DNA of 64,000 bases from Sphagnum compactum (lineage: Eukaryota): NCBI GenBank assembly GCA_965153455.1, contig OZ234493.1:25410213-25474212 (forward strand), given 5' to 3'. Within the stretch, counting starts at the first letter, position 1; every line of letters starts with the position of its first letter. The notes under the pieces are model-generated. The model had not been told where the DNA came from. It ran no database searches and worked only from the letters and a program-made list of their open reading frames with translations. Positions 41,293 to 52,400 of this stretch are shown here, piece after piece. Both the position numbers and the translations under genes were made by a program.

Positions 41293-41664
41293 AGGTATGT
41301 TTTTTCTGTTGAAATAGTCTTCTCCTTGCGCCTGAACTTGTCTCTCGTTCTTGCTCTCTTCCCCTGTCCAAAAATCTCTTTTCTTTCTTTGACTGCACTT
41401 GTCTTGTCTCGTTCTTGCTTTCTTCCTTTGTCCAAAACTCTCTTTTCTCTCTTGATTGCACTTGTCTCGTTCTTGCTTTCTTCCCCTGTCCAAAACTCTC
41501 TGTCCTTTCTTCGTTACACAGTGTATTCAGAACTAGTGTTCTTTTTGCAGTCTCTGTCAAGTACTATCTTTCAGTGCTTGCTCTCTCGTTAGTTGTCCCG
41601 GGTTGATCAACCCTAAAACAAGTCTCCAGTAGCCATCTCTCATAGCCTTAATCTTGATCCAGAC

Positions 41665-43308
41665 ATGGACTGCACAGATTCGAAAAGCGTCGGTAGTCAT
41701 GTGGAAAGCGCAGAATACGTGTTGGCCTCTCATTTTGCTGCAGTTATGCAAGTACAGACATCTGCAGTTGTGCACTCCTCGCCGGGCGAAGACCAAGAGC
41801 TGAAGATAGACACTTGTGCCCTCGGCAGCGGCAGCAGCCCGAGCTCCGAGTTGGAGCCGAAGAAGGACACGTCTACTACAACAGCACACAGTACAGAGTT
41901 GCCGACTACTGAGGCTACGACGTCAAGAGGAGTAGAACCCATGAATTCCGGCTCAGCACGTAAGCGCGAGTGGACTGAGACTCTGCCGGAGGAGGAGGAT
42001 CCAAGTGGTGAGGAGACTAGTGTAAATGAGGAGGACGTGCAGGCTATGACAAGAGGAGGAGTAGAACCCATGTATTCCGGCTCAGCACCTAAGTGCGAGA
42101 GGACTGAGACTCTGCCGGAGGAGGAGGATCCAAGTGGTGTGGAGGCTAGTGATGATGAGGACGAGGAGGCTACGACCTCAGGAGAGGATCCAAGTAGTGA
42201 GGAGGACGAGGAGGCTACGACGTCAGGAGGAGTAAAACCCTTTTTTTCCGGCACGGCACCTAAGTCCTATTGGACTCAGACTCTGCCGGCGAAGGAGGAG
42301 GATCCAAGTGGTGTGGAGGCTAGTGTAAATGAGGAGGACGAGAAGCGTTGTTTCCGCTTAGTGCGACGAATATATCCATCAGAGCTTAAAATTGTGAGGA
42401 AAATCGCAAAAGGGGGTCAGGCCAAAATTTTCTTGGCCAAGTATTTGAAAACTCAGCAAGGTGTGGTGGTGAAAAGATATAGAAGCTGTCAAGTTCAAGC
42501 GGGCGAGTTGCAGAGGCAAATGGAAAGGGTGATGCAAGCTTGTGAAAAGAGAGATGATTCTGGCCTTTGCCGAGTGATTGGGGTGTCAGTGGATGAGAAG
42601 GGAAGAGTATCCACAGTCATGGAACTTATGGGAGGTGATCTGCGGAATTTCATTGATTACTGGAATTCGACTCTTGGCTATGATGAAAGACTCGGTCTGA
42701 TGAAAGCAATTGCAAGTGGGATAAAAGAACTGCACGGATGCGGATTCATACACAAAGACCTCAAGGCTTCCAACATACTTGTTTCACGTTCACCAGAATT
42801 TAGATATATGGATTCTGACGGGCCAGTAATTAACGTTAAAGCTGACGTTAAAGTTGGGGACTACGAGATCTCGGATGGCGTAGTGGGCACTGGCTTTTGG
42901 AGGGCACCTGAAGTGTTACGAGCATTACGGGATGGAACAAAAGTCGAATATTCAGCTGCTGTGGATGTTTATGGTTTTGGCATGATCTGTTACGAGCTCC
43001 TCACTGGGAAACTTCCTTTTCACGGCCATCCTTTGTCAGACTACGATCTTGTTCTGTCGGGCGGAAGACCTGACGTTTCTGATCAGGCGCTATGGATGAG
43101 AGAATTACTGCACCGCTGTTGGGATGAGGATCCTCACCAACGGCCTGGATGGGATGAGATCCTTCAAATTATTCAGGTAGGAATTACATCCTCCTCTGGA
43201 TGGGAAGCACGTGCATCACATTATACCGTACCCCTAGACTCAGTTTCCACAGGGTTAAATCGAATAGTTCATTTTATGGAAAAAAAAAATTGGTTGTTAG
43301 ATTTTTGA
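41665..43308 (+). CDS. Intronless TKL/Raf-like protein kinase (non-RD, DYE in place of DFG) with an acidic repeat N-terminus
   Basis: 547 aa open ORF. Subdomains IAKGGQAKIF, VVVK, HKDLKASN, GDYE, GTGFWRAPE, DVYGFG and CWDEDPHQRP. A possible donor at ATTCAG|GTAGGA (~43176) could change the C-terminus. Confidence 0.88.
   Translation: MDCTDSKSVGSHVESAEYVLASHFAAVMQVQTSAVVHSSPGEDQELKIDTCALGSGSSPSSELEPKKDTSTTTAHSTELPTTEATTSRGVEPMNSGSARKREWTETLPEEEDPSGEETSVNEEDVQAMTRGGVEPMYSGSAPKCERTETLPEEEDPSGVEASDDEDEEATTSGEDPSSEEDEEATTSGGVKPFFSGTAPKSYWTQTLPAKEEDPSGVEASVNEEDEKRCFRLVRRIYPSELKIVRKIAKGGQAKIFLAKYLKTQQGVVVKRYRSCQVQAGELQRQMERVMQACEKRDDSGLCRVIGVSVDEKGRVSTVMELMGGDLRNFIDYWNSTLGYDERLGLMKAIASGIKELHGCGFIHKDLKASNILVSRSPEFRYMDSDGPVINVKADVKVGDYEISDGVVGTGFWRAPEVLRALRDGTKVEYSAAVDVYGFGMICYELLTGKLPFHGHPLSDYDLVLSGGRPDVSDQALWMRELLHRCWDEDPHQRPGWDEILQIIQVGITSSSGWEARASHYTVPLDSVSTGLNRIVHFMEKKNWLLDF
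41911..42342 (+). repeat. 129-bp (43 aa) coding repeats: three full and one internally deleted copy
   Basis: Units start at about 41911, 42040, 42166 (short) and 42211; unit EATTSxGVEPMxSGSAxKxEWTETLPEEEDPSGxExSVNEED. Confidence 0.9.
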
Positions 43309-43679
43309 TTTTTCCCATCGTTTACTGTAATATTGTGATATAAGGAGTTAAATATTTAGAGCGTAGCCAACGATAATTATTATGATGATTTTCAACATGT
43401 CAACTTCATATATACTCACAAAATTTCGTTTCATTATTTTGAGGATTATTTAATGACGAAACTGACCTTAGGGTAAGGTAATTAGGCCTTGGGAGAACCC
43501 TCTATGGGTCGGATTGGTAACACCCCCAAAAGTGGGATAAGCACTTTTCTTTTTCTGTCTTTGAAACACTATGCAAATGGTGCTTTAGTTTTTATCTTCT
43601 TCTATTTAGAAATGGGTGGCCATCAAATTCCCAATTCCATGATTAGGATTGTTGATATTGTTGTGAGTGATTGTGGCAT

Positions 43680-44422
43680 TTAACTAGATTCTTATGTAAT
43701 ATCTGACAATGATGTAAATATATGTGCAAGAACATTTTGGAATAGTGAGTCATTTCAGTAAAATTTGTTTGCCTTTCAATTTTTGTAAAAGAAAAAATAA
43801 ATTGTCTTGTAGACTATTAAAATTTTATTAAATTTTCACAATTCAAGACATAAGATTTATGTTGTGAATATACCTGTGTTTCATTGAATGGTCTTGAAGG
43901 CTCCTATAAACAATGTCTGATGTTCACCTATATATATAATGCATAAAATTTGTTCAGTTTTCTTTGTACACCAAGCCAAATTTGTTGTCAAATGCCCATA
44001 TGACCATATTTAATCTAGAGTCTGTCACAATATTCATTCCTAGGTTTCTCTAAATTTTTGTTTTCGGAAATAAGACAATTCAAGAACTTTGTACACATTG
44101 AAGTTATCCACAAATTCATACCTTATTTCACCCCTTACCCTCTGTTTCATGCCTAGTTAGTGATTGTGGTTGTCCCTAAAGTCACTCAAACTATTGGTGA
44201 AACTGGAAACTAGGGACCAGAATTTAAAAGTGGGTGGGGGGTTTAAATTTCATTTTTTCTATTTTGAATGAAAGTGTCCCCAAGGGAGTATCCTAGGGCA
44301 GGGTTGTATAAGTGAGAGTTCCTCATCACTTTTTTTCCAATAGCACTAATTCAAGGGATACAACTTCATCTTCAAGCCATGATTATGCTTTCTCATGTGG
44401 TGATCTAGCTCCTTCTCAAGAA
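43680..44422. repeat. Dispersed repeat, direct copy of 62705-63388
   Basis: Shared blocks such as ttaactagattctt, cctataaacaatgtc.gatgttcaccta, ggtgaaactggaaactaggga and cttcaag.catgattatgcttt. Confidence 0.85.
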
Positions 44423-46770
44423 TTGTTGTTCATGCTTGAGATTGATTTGACATCTTTCCAGTGTAAGTGCTTTTTGTTTTGTATGCTGACGGGATTGGAG
44501 CCGATGAGGATGTGGGCAAGGATGGTACATTCAGATCCGCCCCTGCTTAGCTCCTCTTGCCAGCTCCATTCGAAGCTGAGTTGGTCCTTCAGCAGGAGTT
44601 TGTGTCGCAGAACGTTCTCCTCTAGCCCGATTGCTATGTGTTGGATCAGTTCGTCCATGGCTGGTTTGGAGGACCAAACCTCTCTTTCGTCCCCTGTGAT
44701 TCTAATGCCAATTGGAAGGTTGGGGAGGGCTTGGTTTTTAGAATGTATTAGTACCTCCTTTTGGGGGCCTTTTTCTCTTGTGAGTACTGGCCATACCTTG
44801 GCTCTAGAGAGATCCACATTGGTTGGGAGAGGGATTCCTAAGGAGGTAAAGAAGGATTGATGGAGTTCTGAATACGTCTGACCTCTTTTCTCCCCTGGGG
44901 CTATGCTTGCTCGTGTGGAAGGGTGAGGAGATTGGTTACTATCCGGGCGAATTGTGTCGACCCTTTCCTTATTCTTTTTTTTCGCCTAGAATGTCCATCC
45001 TCCTTCTATTTCTTCCAGGATTTTCCTAAGAAAATTTGAGCGCTCGTTTTCCCCGTTTAACACTTCAAAAGGGTTTAGATCAGCCCATTTTCCTCGCGCT
45101 GAGTCATTCTTCTCACCCGAGAGATTGAAACTTAATTTGGCTTTGGAGGTGTTACTCCCATCCGTGCTCTCCACCAGAGTTGTGACTTTTGAAGGGATCA
45201 CGTGAGGTTACAGTCTACTTGATGAGTTAGGGAGGCTGACAATTCCCCCATTCCCTGATCTTTTCCAATTTTGGTGGGAGCATTTTGTCTTGTTTGAGCC
45301 CCTTCCGTTTGAGAAGTTGATCCAGTTTCCCTAGATGAGTACTTGCTCCAACTCCCCTGACTCCTCCCGTTTCTGTGAAAGTGGGTGGTGAATTGGGTGG
45401 CGGATGTATCAGTAGGGCCTTGTGCTACCCTTTCACTCCACGTTGGTGAAGTGCTTGCGGGAGCATTTCCGTTCCAAATTGGGATTTTGGTCTCACAACA
45501 CAAATATAAACCCATTTTCATTTTTATTATAGCTGATAGAGTTATCAATAAAGTCACCCCATCTTTGGACCCTAGTTTGACCCTTTAAACCGTGTTTATC
45601 TCCAATTGGACTGTTATATCCATAATTGAGTGAAATTGGGTACTGTTTCCTGAAACTGGGTATCAGTTCAGAAGATTTGCAGGATCTTATTCTAAGACGA
45701 CTTCAATTTTATGAAGAACATGTGTGCAAGTTCGGGCAAAATGCCCAAATCGGCGGCATTTTCGGCATTGATTTGGGAGGCTTGAGTATAGGATTCTTTG
45801 TGGTGTGGTATCCTTCGTGGTTGCCCCTTCTGCCATGGAGGGGATACGAATGTATCCGACGAGCTTGCTGATGTCATGGGTTTCCACCATGATCATGGGG
45901 CCGGCGGGTCTTTTTATGTATGAATCCTCTAGTTCTATTTCTAGAACTTCTCCAATTTCGCTGGCCATGATAGTGAGAGCTTTTGTGTTCCTGAATTGTT
46001 CGTGAAGATTTGGGAATTGGACCTTTACTGTGTGTGAGAGTAAGGTCTCAGCCCCTTGTACACTGGCGTCAAAGTTTGGGATGTACCGGGAGAAGGTGAG
46101 GTCCAAACCGCTCCACTCCATCGCTGTTATTTTCCTGGCAAACTTAGCCCCTTCTTCAACCGTGAAAAGAACCTCAAAGAAGCCCCTTGTTAGTAAGGTG
46201 ACTGATGTGTATGAGACGGGCAAATGTAGTTTGAGGCAATCTTGAAGGGCTTTGATCGTGGGTCTACCACCTAGAGCTCTTCCAATCACCATTCTTCGTG
46301 CTTTGCGGACATCACCTTCCTGCATTTTTAACACCATTTCCGGTGAAAAATCCGCCTCTAACTCTAATTCATAGTTTACTGGCGATAATCCTTGGGGCTC
46401 TTCACCTGATGGGGGAGTGGATCTTGTCCCGTTGCCTGGAGGCGCGGTCAGAGGAGGGGCGGATGGGGCTGATGCTGGAGTTGTTAGTTTCCTTCTTTGC
46501 ATGAGCTTTGAGCTTGACGCTTTAGCTTTGACGGTTGAGTGGTCTTCTTGAGCCACCTGCCCTGTTGCAATCGCGTCCAAGTCCCCAAGACCAAATCCTG
46601 GTCCAACGCTTGTAACTGAAAGATCTGCTATGCGTGTGGGGGAAGAGGTGAGGGAGGGTAGCTGAATGAAATGGGTAGGATTTGAAGTCTCAGCTGCTTC
46701 CGCCACACCTTGTGTTGGCATGATAAGAGGATCGTGCGATTGTGGTGGTCGGTGGACGCAAGTGCGATCA
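44416..46770 (-). mobile_element. LINE (L1-like) retrotransposon relic, ORF1 region
   Basis: ORF 45687-46883 has a DUF4283-like segment (VIGRALGGRP..LLTRGFFEVLF..FSRYIPNFD) and a CCHC knuckle CRKCRRFGHFARTC. Downstream same-strand fragments are frameshifted. No endonuclease or RT seen. Confidence 0.8.
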
Positions 46771-47683
46771 AGAATGGCATCATTAGATGGGCTTGTACCA
46801 CCCACAAATGGGCTGACAATTGGCTTGTCTAGCATGGTTGATGTGTTTCTGTCCATGGAACACCAGAGCATTCTCCGGTGCAACCAGATGACAGTCCAAG
46901 TATGTGAGATACTTTTCTTGTTCTCACTGCACCTCTAGTCTATCATGATGCAGAACAGAATATGTCACATCCAATGGATGCTGCTATCATCTAGTGCACT
47001 AGTATCTGAACTAATGATGGGGTTGTTACCGTCAAGTAAATATGAAACCTCCTAGGGCAGTTGGTGCTCAACTAAGGAGCTTCTCGTTAGCTGTTTAAGG
47101 AGTAACTGCTATTGATTCTGTGGGTGTTTTTCCCTTGTATCAATAGTTCCTTTGATACAGGATGGGGACCTACAAGCATGGTTCTAGATATGAGGTTCTC
47201 TGCTTGGGAGATGAACTTGAGTTTCACTCTGGTCTGCAGGTAGCTCACACACTGCTACAGTTAATGGATGGTGACACTGGGCAGCAGGTAAAGAGTCCAC
47301 AAAGAAGGATGGCTGTATTTGTGTCCAATTTGTGCAGTGCACTGCCACAAACCTTTGATCAGATTCTTACCAGTGATACAACTGCAGCCATCTCTCTGTC
47401 TTCTAAAGCTGGAAGTCATGTTGAAAGAAGTGACTATATGTTTTCTCTGCTTTTTGTGAAAGACATCAGCAAATATGCATTCTTGTTTATGTAGCCATTT
47501 TTTTTCATCACCTGGTACTGGTGCTAATTAACCCAGCAGTGAATAGCAGATGTCAGAAGATTGGATGATGATGATGATGAAGAGGAAATAGATCAAGAAA
47601 TAGGAGGAGACACTGCCAGACCAAAAGCCAGGAGGCCTTGAAGGTTACTGTAGTCTGCTTTGAAATGTCCTAATTTTTTTCAG

Positions 47684-48235
47684 GATCTCATCAACTTTAC
47701 CAAGGATAATGGACTGCAATCAAGTACTCATGTAGCTCGAAATGCATCTGTGAAATTGATCAGGGTCGTCCACAGATGCCTAGGCCCAGGTTTGAAGACA
47801 ACTAAATCTTTGACCAGGTTGAATTTTTTCAGTCAGTGACCTGCCATTGATATGATCTGTTGATTAATGGAGGGTTCTCTGGATCTACAGACATTAAGGG
47901 TTTCCTGAATGATTTGAATTCGACTCTTCAAGGTGCAATTGATGCTGAGATTGAGAAGAATCCCTATGAGGCATTTCTCCTACTGCTGAAATAGTTTTGT
48001 TGTTATTGCAGGAAAATTTCCATTGTTTTCCTTTTGAGTTGATGAAAGATTTTGTTTGGTGCATTGAATCTTGGAATTGGGTTTTTCTTAAGGACCTGTT
48101 GTAGCATCAAAGAGAATAATTCGAAATGTAGACAACTCTATGCCAGCTGGTGGTACTGATGGATTACCTTGTGAAGATATCATTGGGAAGTTGACTGCAT
48201 GATTATGGAAAAACATGAATAGTCCTAACTAGAAG
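47684..48235 (+). pseudogene. MOR1: Three-exon fragment of MOR1/GEM1 (XMAP215-family TOG microtubule polymerase)
   Basis: Exons 47684-47789 DLINFTKDNGLQSSTHVARNASVKLIRVVHRCLGP, 47891-47970 DIKGFLNDLNSTLQGAIDAEIEKNPYE, 48092-48235 ..GGTDGLPCEDIIGKLTA*LWKNMNSPN*K. These match consecutive MOR1 segments as I recall them (GLQSS..RNA, DIKGFL..KNPFE, LPREDIS.K..SPDWK). Two stops. Confidence 0.85.
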
Positions 48236-48297
48236 GTTAGTATCTCTTTTCTTGAGAACACTTGAAATTCTGCAAATGTGCATGATCAAGGTTTGTG

Positions 48298-49427
48298 TGC
48301 CTATGCTAAGTCACAGTCCTAGAAGTTTGTCACAGTTTGTAAGTTCCATGGAGCATTGGAGCAGAAAAAAAATCAAAAGACGCATTGTCTAGGCATCCAC
48401 ATGTACTGCCAGTTCTTTACCTGATGCATGTTGCCTGTTACAAATTGTGAGAGTTAGAATTTATTGAAAATCAAGTTGGATGGGGAGACTTTGGAGAAAG
48501 ACAAAAATGAAAGTTTGTATTGCCACCATGTGACCATCAGTCATTGCACACAGATTGATCTGCTACCACACCGGGGAGTTTGAACCTGTACAAATTTGCA
48601 AGGTGATCACTTCAAAAGAGTAACCCATCATTCAGGGTCATATTGCAAGTAACTTCACCATTCAGCAGACTTGTGATTTTGACTGTTTTGAAGCATTTTG
48701 CATAATTTGGCAATTTGTGAGGTATTGAGATATGTCAATGGTCTTAACTTTAAAACCACTATTTAAATCTGTGAGGTATTGATTATGCTAATGGTTTGAA
48801 ATAGTGGCCATTGACAGTCATGCACTTTACCACGATTAAGTGTGACTTTTATATATTTAAAGTCTACTCTGAAAAGATCTTGGTTCAAACCTCATTTAGG
48901 TTAGAATGGACTTACTTGAAAACTGGTGGTACTTATTTTCATGATAATCTGAAAACCAATGAGGGTATCAGATCTTGACAAAAAAGAATTTTCAAGAACT
49001 GGGCTGCAGTTTTTCCAAAACTGCAGCTGAAAACTGAAGATAGGATGAAAACAGTACACAGGAGGGAAAAAAAGGGGGAGGGCGGAGAGACTGAAATGGT
49101 TTCCCCAACGGAATTGGTCCTCGCAGCGGTCTCACCCCTCAGTTTTGGATTTCCTTCACCTGTTCCTTTTCTGCTGCTCATATTCTTCATTAATTGTCAG
49201 AATAAAATCCTGCAAATCTTGTGAACTGATACCCAGTTTGCTCACTTCCAGGCTACACTCAAATTGGGGAAGAAACAGACATTACAGGGTAAAACTAGGG
49301 CCAAAACAAATGATGTGTCTAACTCTAATGACCTTGGAATCTTTTCTATAGCAGTGGCAAGTCTTAAAAAGCTCTAACATGAATTGCAAGTGGGTGCTGG
49401 AGCCATGATCCGTCCACGATTCACTAT
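48298..49427. repeat. Left arm of a ~1.13 kb inverted repeat (3' UTR and downstream region of the kinase-jacalin gene)
   Basis: Reverse complement of 56642-57760; the paired ORFs 48939-49190(-) and 56884-57105(+) also reflect this. Confidence 0.95.
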
Positions 49428-49429
49428 AA

Positions 49430-52400
49430 CTAAATAACAACCTCAGGCCTCCTTATGAACACTCCAATATGGTCCAGACATGTGCCTGCCCGCCCCAAAA
49501 TGCCAACTATCTTTCCAACATCAGTCTTGAAAGGTGTATCTCCTGTAACACCATAAGGGCCATAGATTTCCTTGTTGGATTTGAATGTGAGGGAAGAAAT
49601 AACAGTGAAATGGTTATTTGACCCTACAGTAGTGTCCGCCGGTCCATTAACTACATTGTGAACTTCACCATCCCAACTCAGTGCAGGTGTTGTACCATAG
49701 GATCCCTCAATTCGTTCAAGATATTCATAAGGGTGTCTGAATTTAATCTGCATTACAAAAGGAAATAAGAATACAGTTCATGCTTCAGACAACTTAAAAT
49801 TTGGGAGTGGAACTTTCAACTCACCAACAATGAAACATATTCTGAACTTCCTAAGGCTTGATTGTGTTTCAAACTGAACCTGCACTATAATAGTGGAAAA
49901 CCTCATTCAGACATTTTCATCAAAAAGTAGAAAAATTCAGTGCCAAAAAAAGACAGGACAGGAAAGGTTTTTCATTGTTAGAAAAAAGGATGTCCAAACT
50001 TCATTTATGAAGATTTTAGCCCTTAGGATTTCAAATTTGAGTTAGGCTAAGGCTAAATGTACAGTAATTCGAACAACTTTCACACCTTTATCGTTATTTA
50101 AGATTAAAGTCATATTGAGCTTTCAATTATTTCTTGAAACCTATTTGAAGCAGTCTGTTCTTATGTTAATCTTTATGACCTAGATTTCAACTTTTAACAT
50201 GTATACATTTCTTATTGTTCTTTCATTTTTCCACTCGTCAATGTCATTCTGTATATTCATATAGTGGAAACACTTCACAACCATGTGATCTGCAGGACAA
50301 CACAGTTATCAATCTGTTGGTCTACTATAACCATTGAACTCCCTCACTACTTCAATATGTCATTGAAATTTAACTTGAAAATTTTTACCTCAGTCTCTCC
50401 TGCTAGTGGGTCTGTCGACGATGATCCATGACCAGAGTGAAATGCCTGTCCATCCATATCATAGTAAACAGTAAGACACCAGATAGCTTTATGGGTGAGA
50501 CTGAATCTAATCTTGAACCCTGTAATGGCTGCCGTTACACCTTCACAGAAGCTAAAACCAGTTCGAGTTGGTGCTCCCCAAGGCCCTTGAACCTGTTGAA
50601 TAACGTTTGTATGTCAACCCCACAAATTTGATACATACCATAAATGTTGTTATAAACATGGCTGCAAGTCATGTGTTTGTGGTCCAGCGACGGTTAAAGA
50701 AGCCGTACATTCAAAAAGCTCTTCCAACCAAAATGCCCTATATTGCAGTTTGGTGTAATTTACCTGAATGAGTTTTGTACCCAATGGATGAATAGTCACA
50801 TTTTGCAGCTGCACTTCATCACCTACAAAATGAAAGACATAAACTGAATGACCCCAATTGGAAATTGGGCCCAATTGAATTATTAATCTGCAACCTCCTC
50901 AGCACGGGACTGTATTGAGGGCTCAATTAGCTTGTGAGTAATGGTAGGTCAGGTTCTGGGAAAACAAAAGTATCGATAATTCCAATACCTTGGTAAAGAT
51001 CTAGCTGGTCTACCTTGGGTCTCAAAACAATTATAAACACTAGCTCTTGGCTCAAGGTTAGGGCTGAAAATATGTCAAGGAAGAACCAGAGTTTGTTGGC
51101 CTTGCCTGCCAAGGCATGGATATTGTGTTTAGATTCATTATAGAGTATACTAGCTTAAGGGATTTTGGTAGTAGGTCTATTTTTATATGAGGATTTTTAA
51201 AAGATGATATTTTGGCTTGTGTTGAAACTTGAGATTAGTTATAGAGTAATGACATTTTGAAGGATTTTGGTTTCTTTAGAGGAGTTTCTTGAAGATTATA
51301 TTTTTGCATGGTAAAATTTTTGAATTTTCATAAATTTTCTTCTTTTTGGCCTTAAAATACTTTTTAATGTATATGGCAAGGCCACAGTGTGACACACCCC
51401 TTGTTTTTTTCCAATTTTGTGATGTAGCCAAAGTGACCAACATCCACAGGAGAATTTAGCCAAGGGTACCTCTCAGGAGAAGTTCTTTGATGTATCTCAG
51501 TTCTCTGCAGATTTCACTGAAATTGGGCCTCTCATCAGGTTTATCCTCCCAGCACCTTTGTATCAAGATAGCCAACCGCCTTGGACAGCTTTCAGGAAGC
51601 TTTGGCCGCAGACCATGCTTTCTTATCTGCTTGACCAGCTGAGTCCGGCTCATATGTGAACCTGCATAAGGCTGTTCCCCAGTCAGTATCTCAGCGCATA
51701 CAATGGCAAAACTGTACACATCTACTTTAAATGGGAGTTTCCGCAAAGAGCCATGCTCTGACTCATGGTCGATGTCATCCTCGTTGCCGATCATCTCAGG
51801 AGCCATCCATAGCCGAGTCCCAATATCAACTGGCTGGTCTGAATATCTGGTGCTCAAGTTTTTGATCTTCGCCGTCCCAAAATCGGCAACCTTTGCATTC
51901 AGATAGCCCTCGTGGTATTTGAGTTCCGGGGCATCTGCAAGAGGTCTTACTAAAATGTTTAAGGACTTCAGGTCACGATGTATGAAGCGTCTTGGGGCTC
52001 TGCCATGCAAGTATTTCATCCCTTCTGCCACTTGCAGCATTAGACCCACTGCCGCAAGAATTGAAAGTCTTGGAACATCCTTAAGAAACTTAGACAGGTC
52101 ACTGACCATCAGATCCATGAAGAGGGAGCAATTATCTTTGTCTTTATCTTCGGACCAACAGACTATTCTCACCACAGTCGGGTGGCAAATGCGAGTCAGA
52201 ATGTCATACTCTATCATGAGGCTCTGACTCTCATTCCCATTCTTATGGAAAACCTTCTTCGCATATTTCTCTCCTAACTATGTGGTTTCCTGAACTTTTC
52301 CGAAGGTACATTTCCCCAATAATTTCCCCTTAGGTCTCGAGGATCCACCTTCCACAATGAGGGGACTGCAATTTCTCTGGCCATAGGACCATCTGCTAAT

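Noticed and set aside
41557-42254. Minus-strand ORFs of 110 and 174 aa
   Set aside because: Antisense shadows of the kinase repeat region
46998-47035. Possible Helitron 3' end (weak hairpin plus CTAG-T on the - strand) pairing with the 5' end at 56642
   Set aside because: The stem is only ~6 bp with a mismatch, and the flank does not match the empty-site sequence TAACTAAAT
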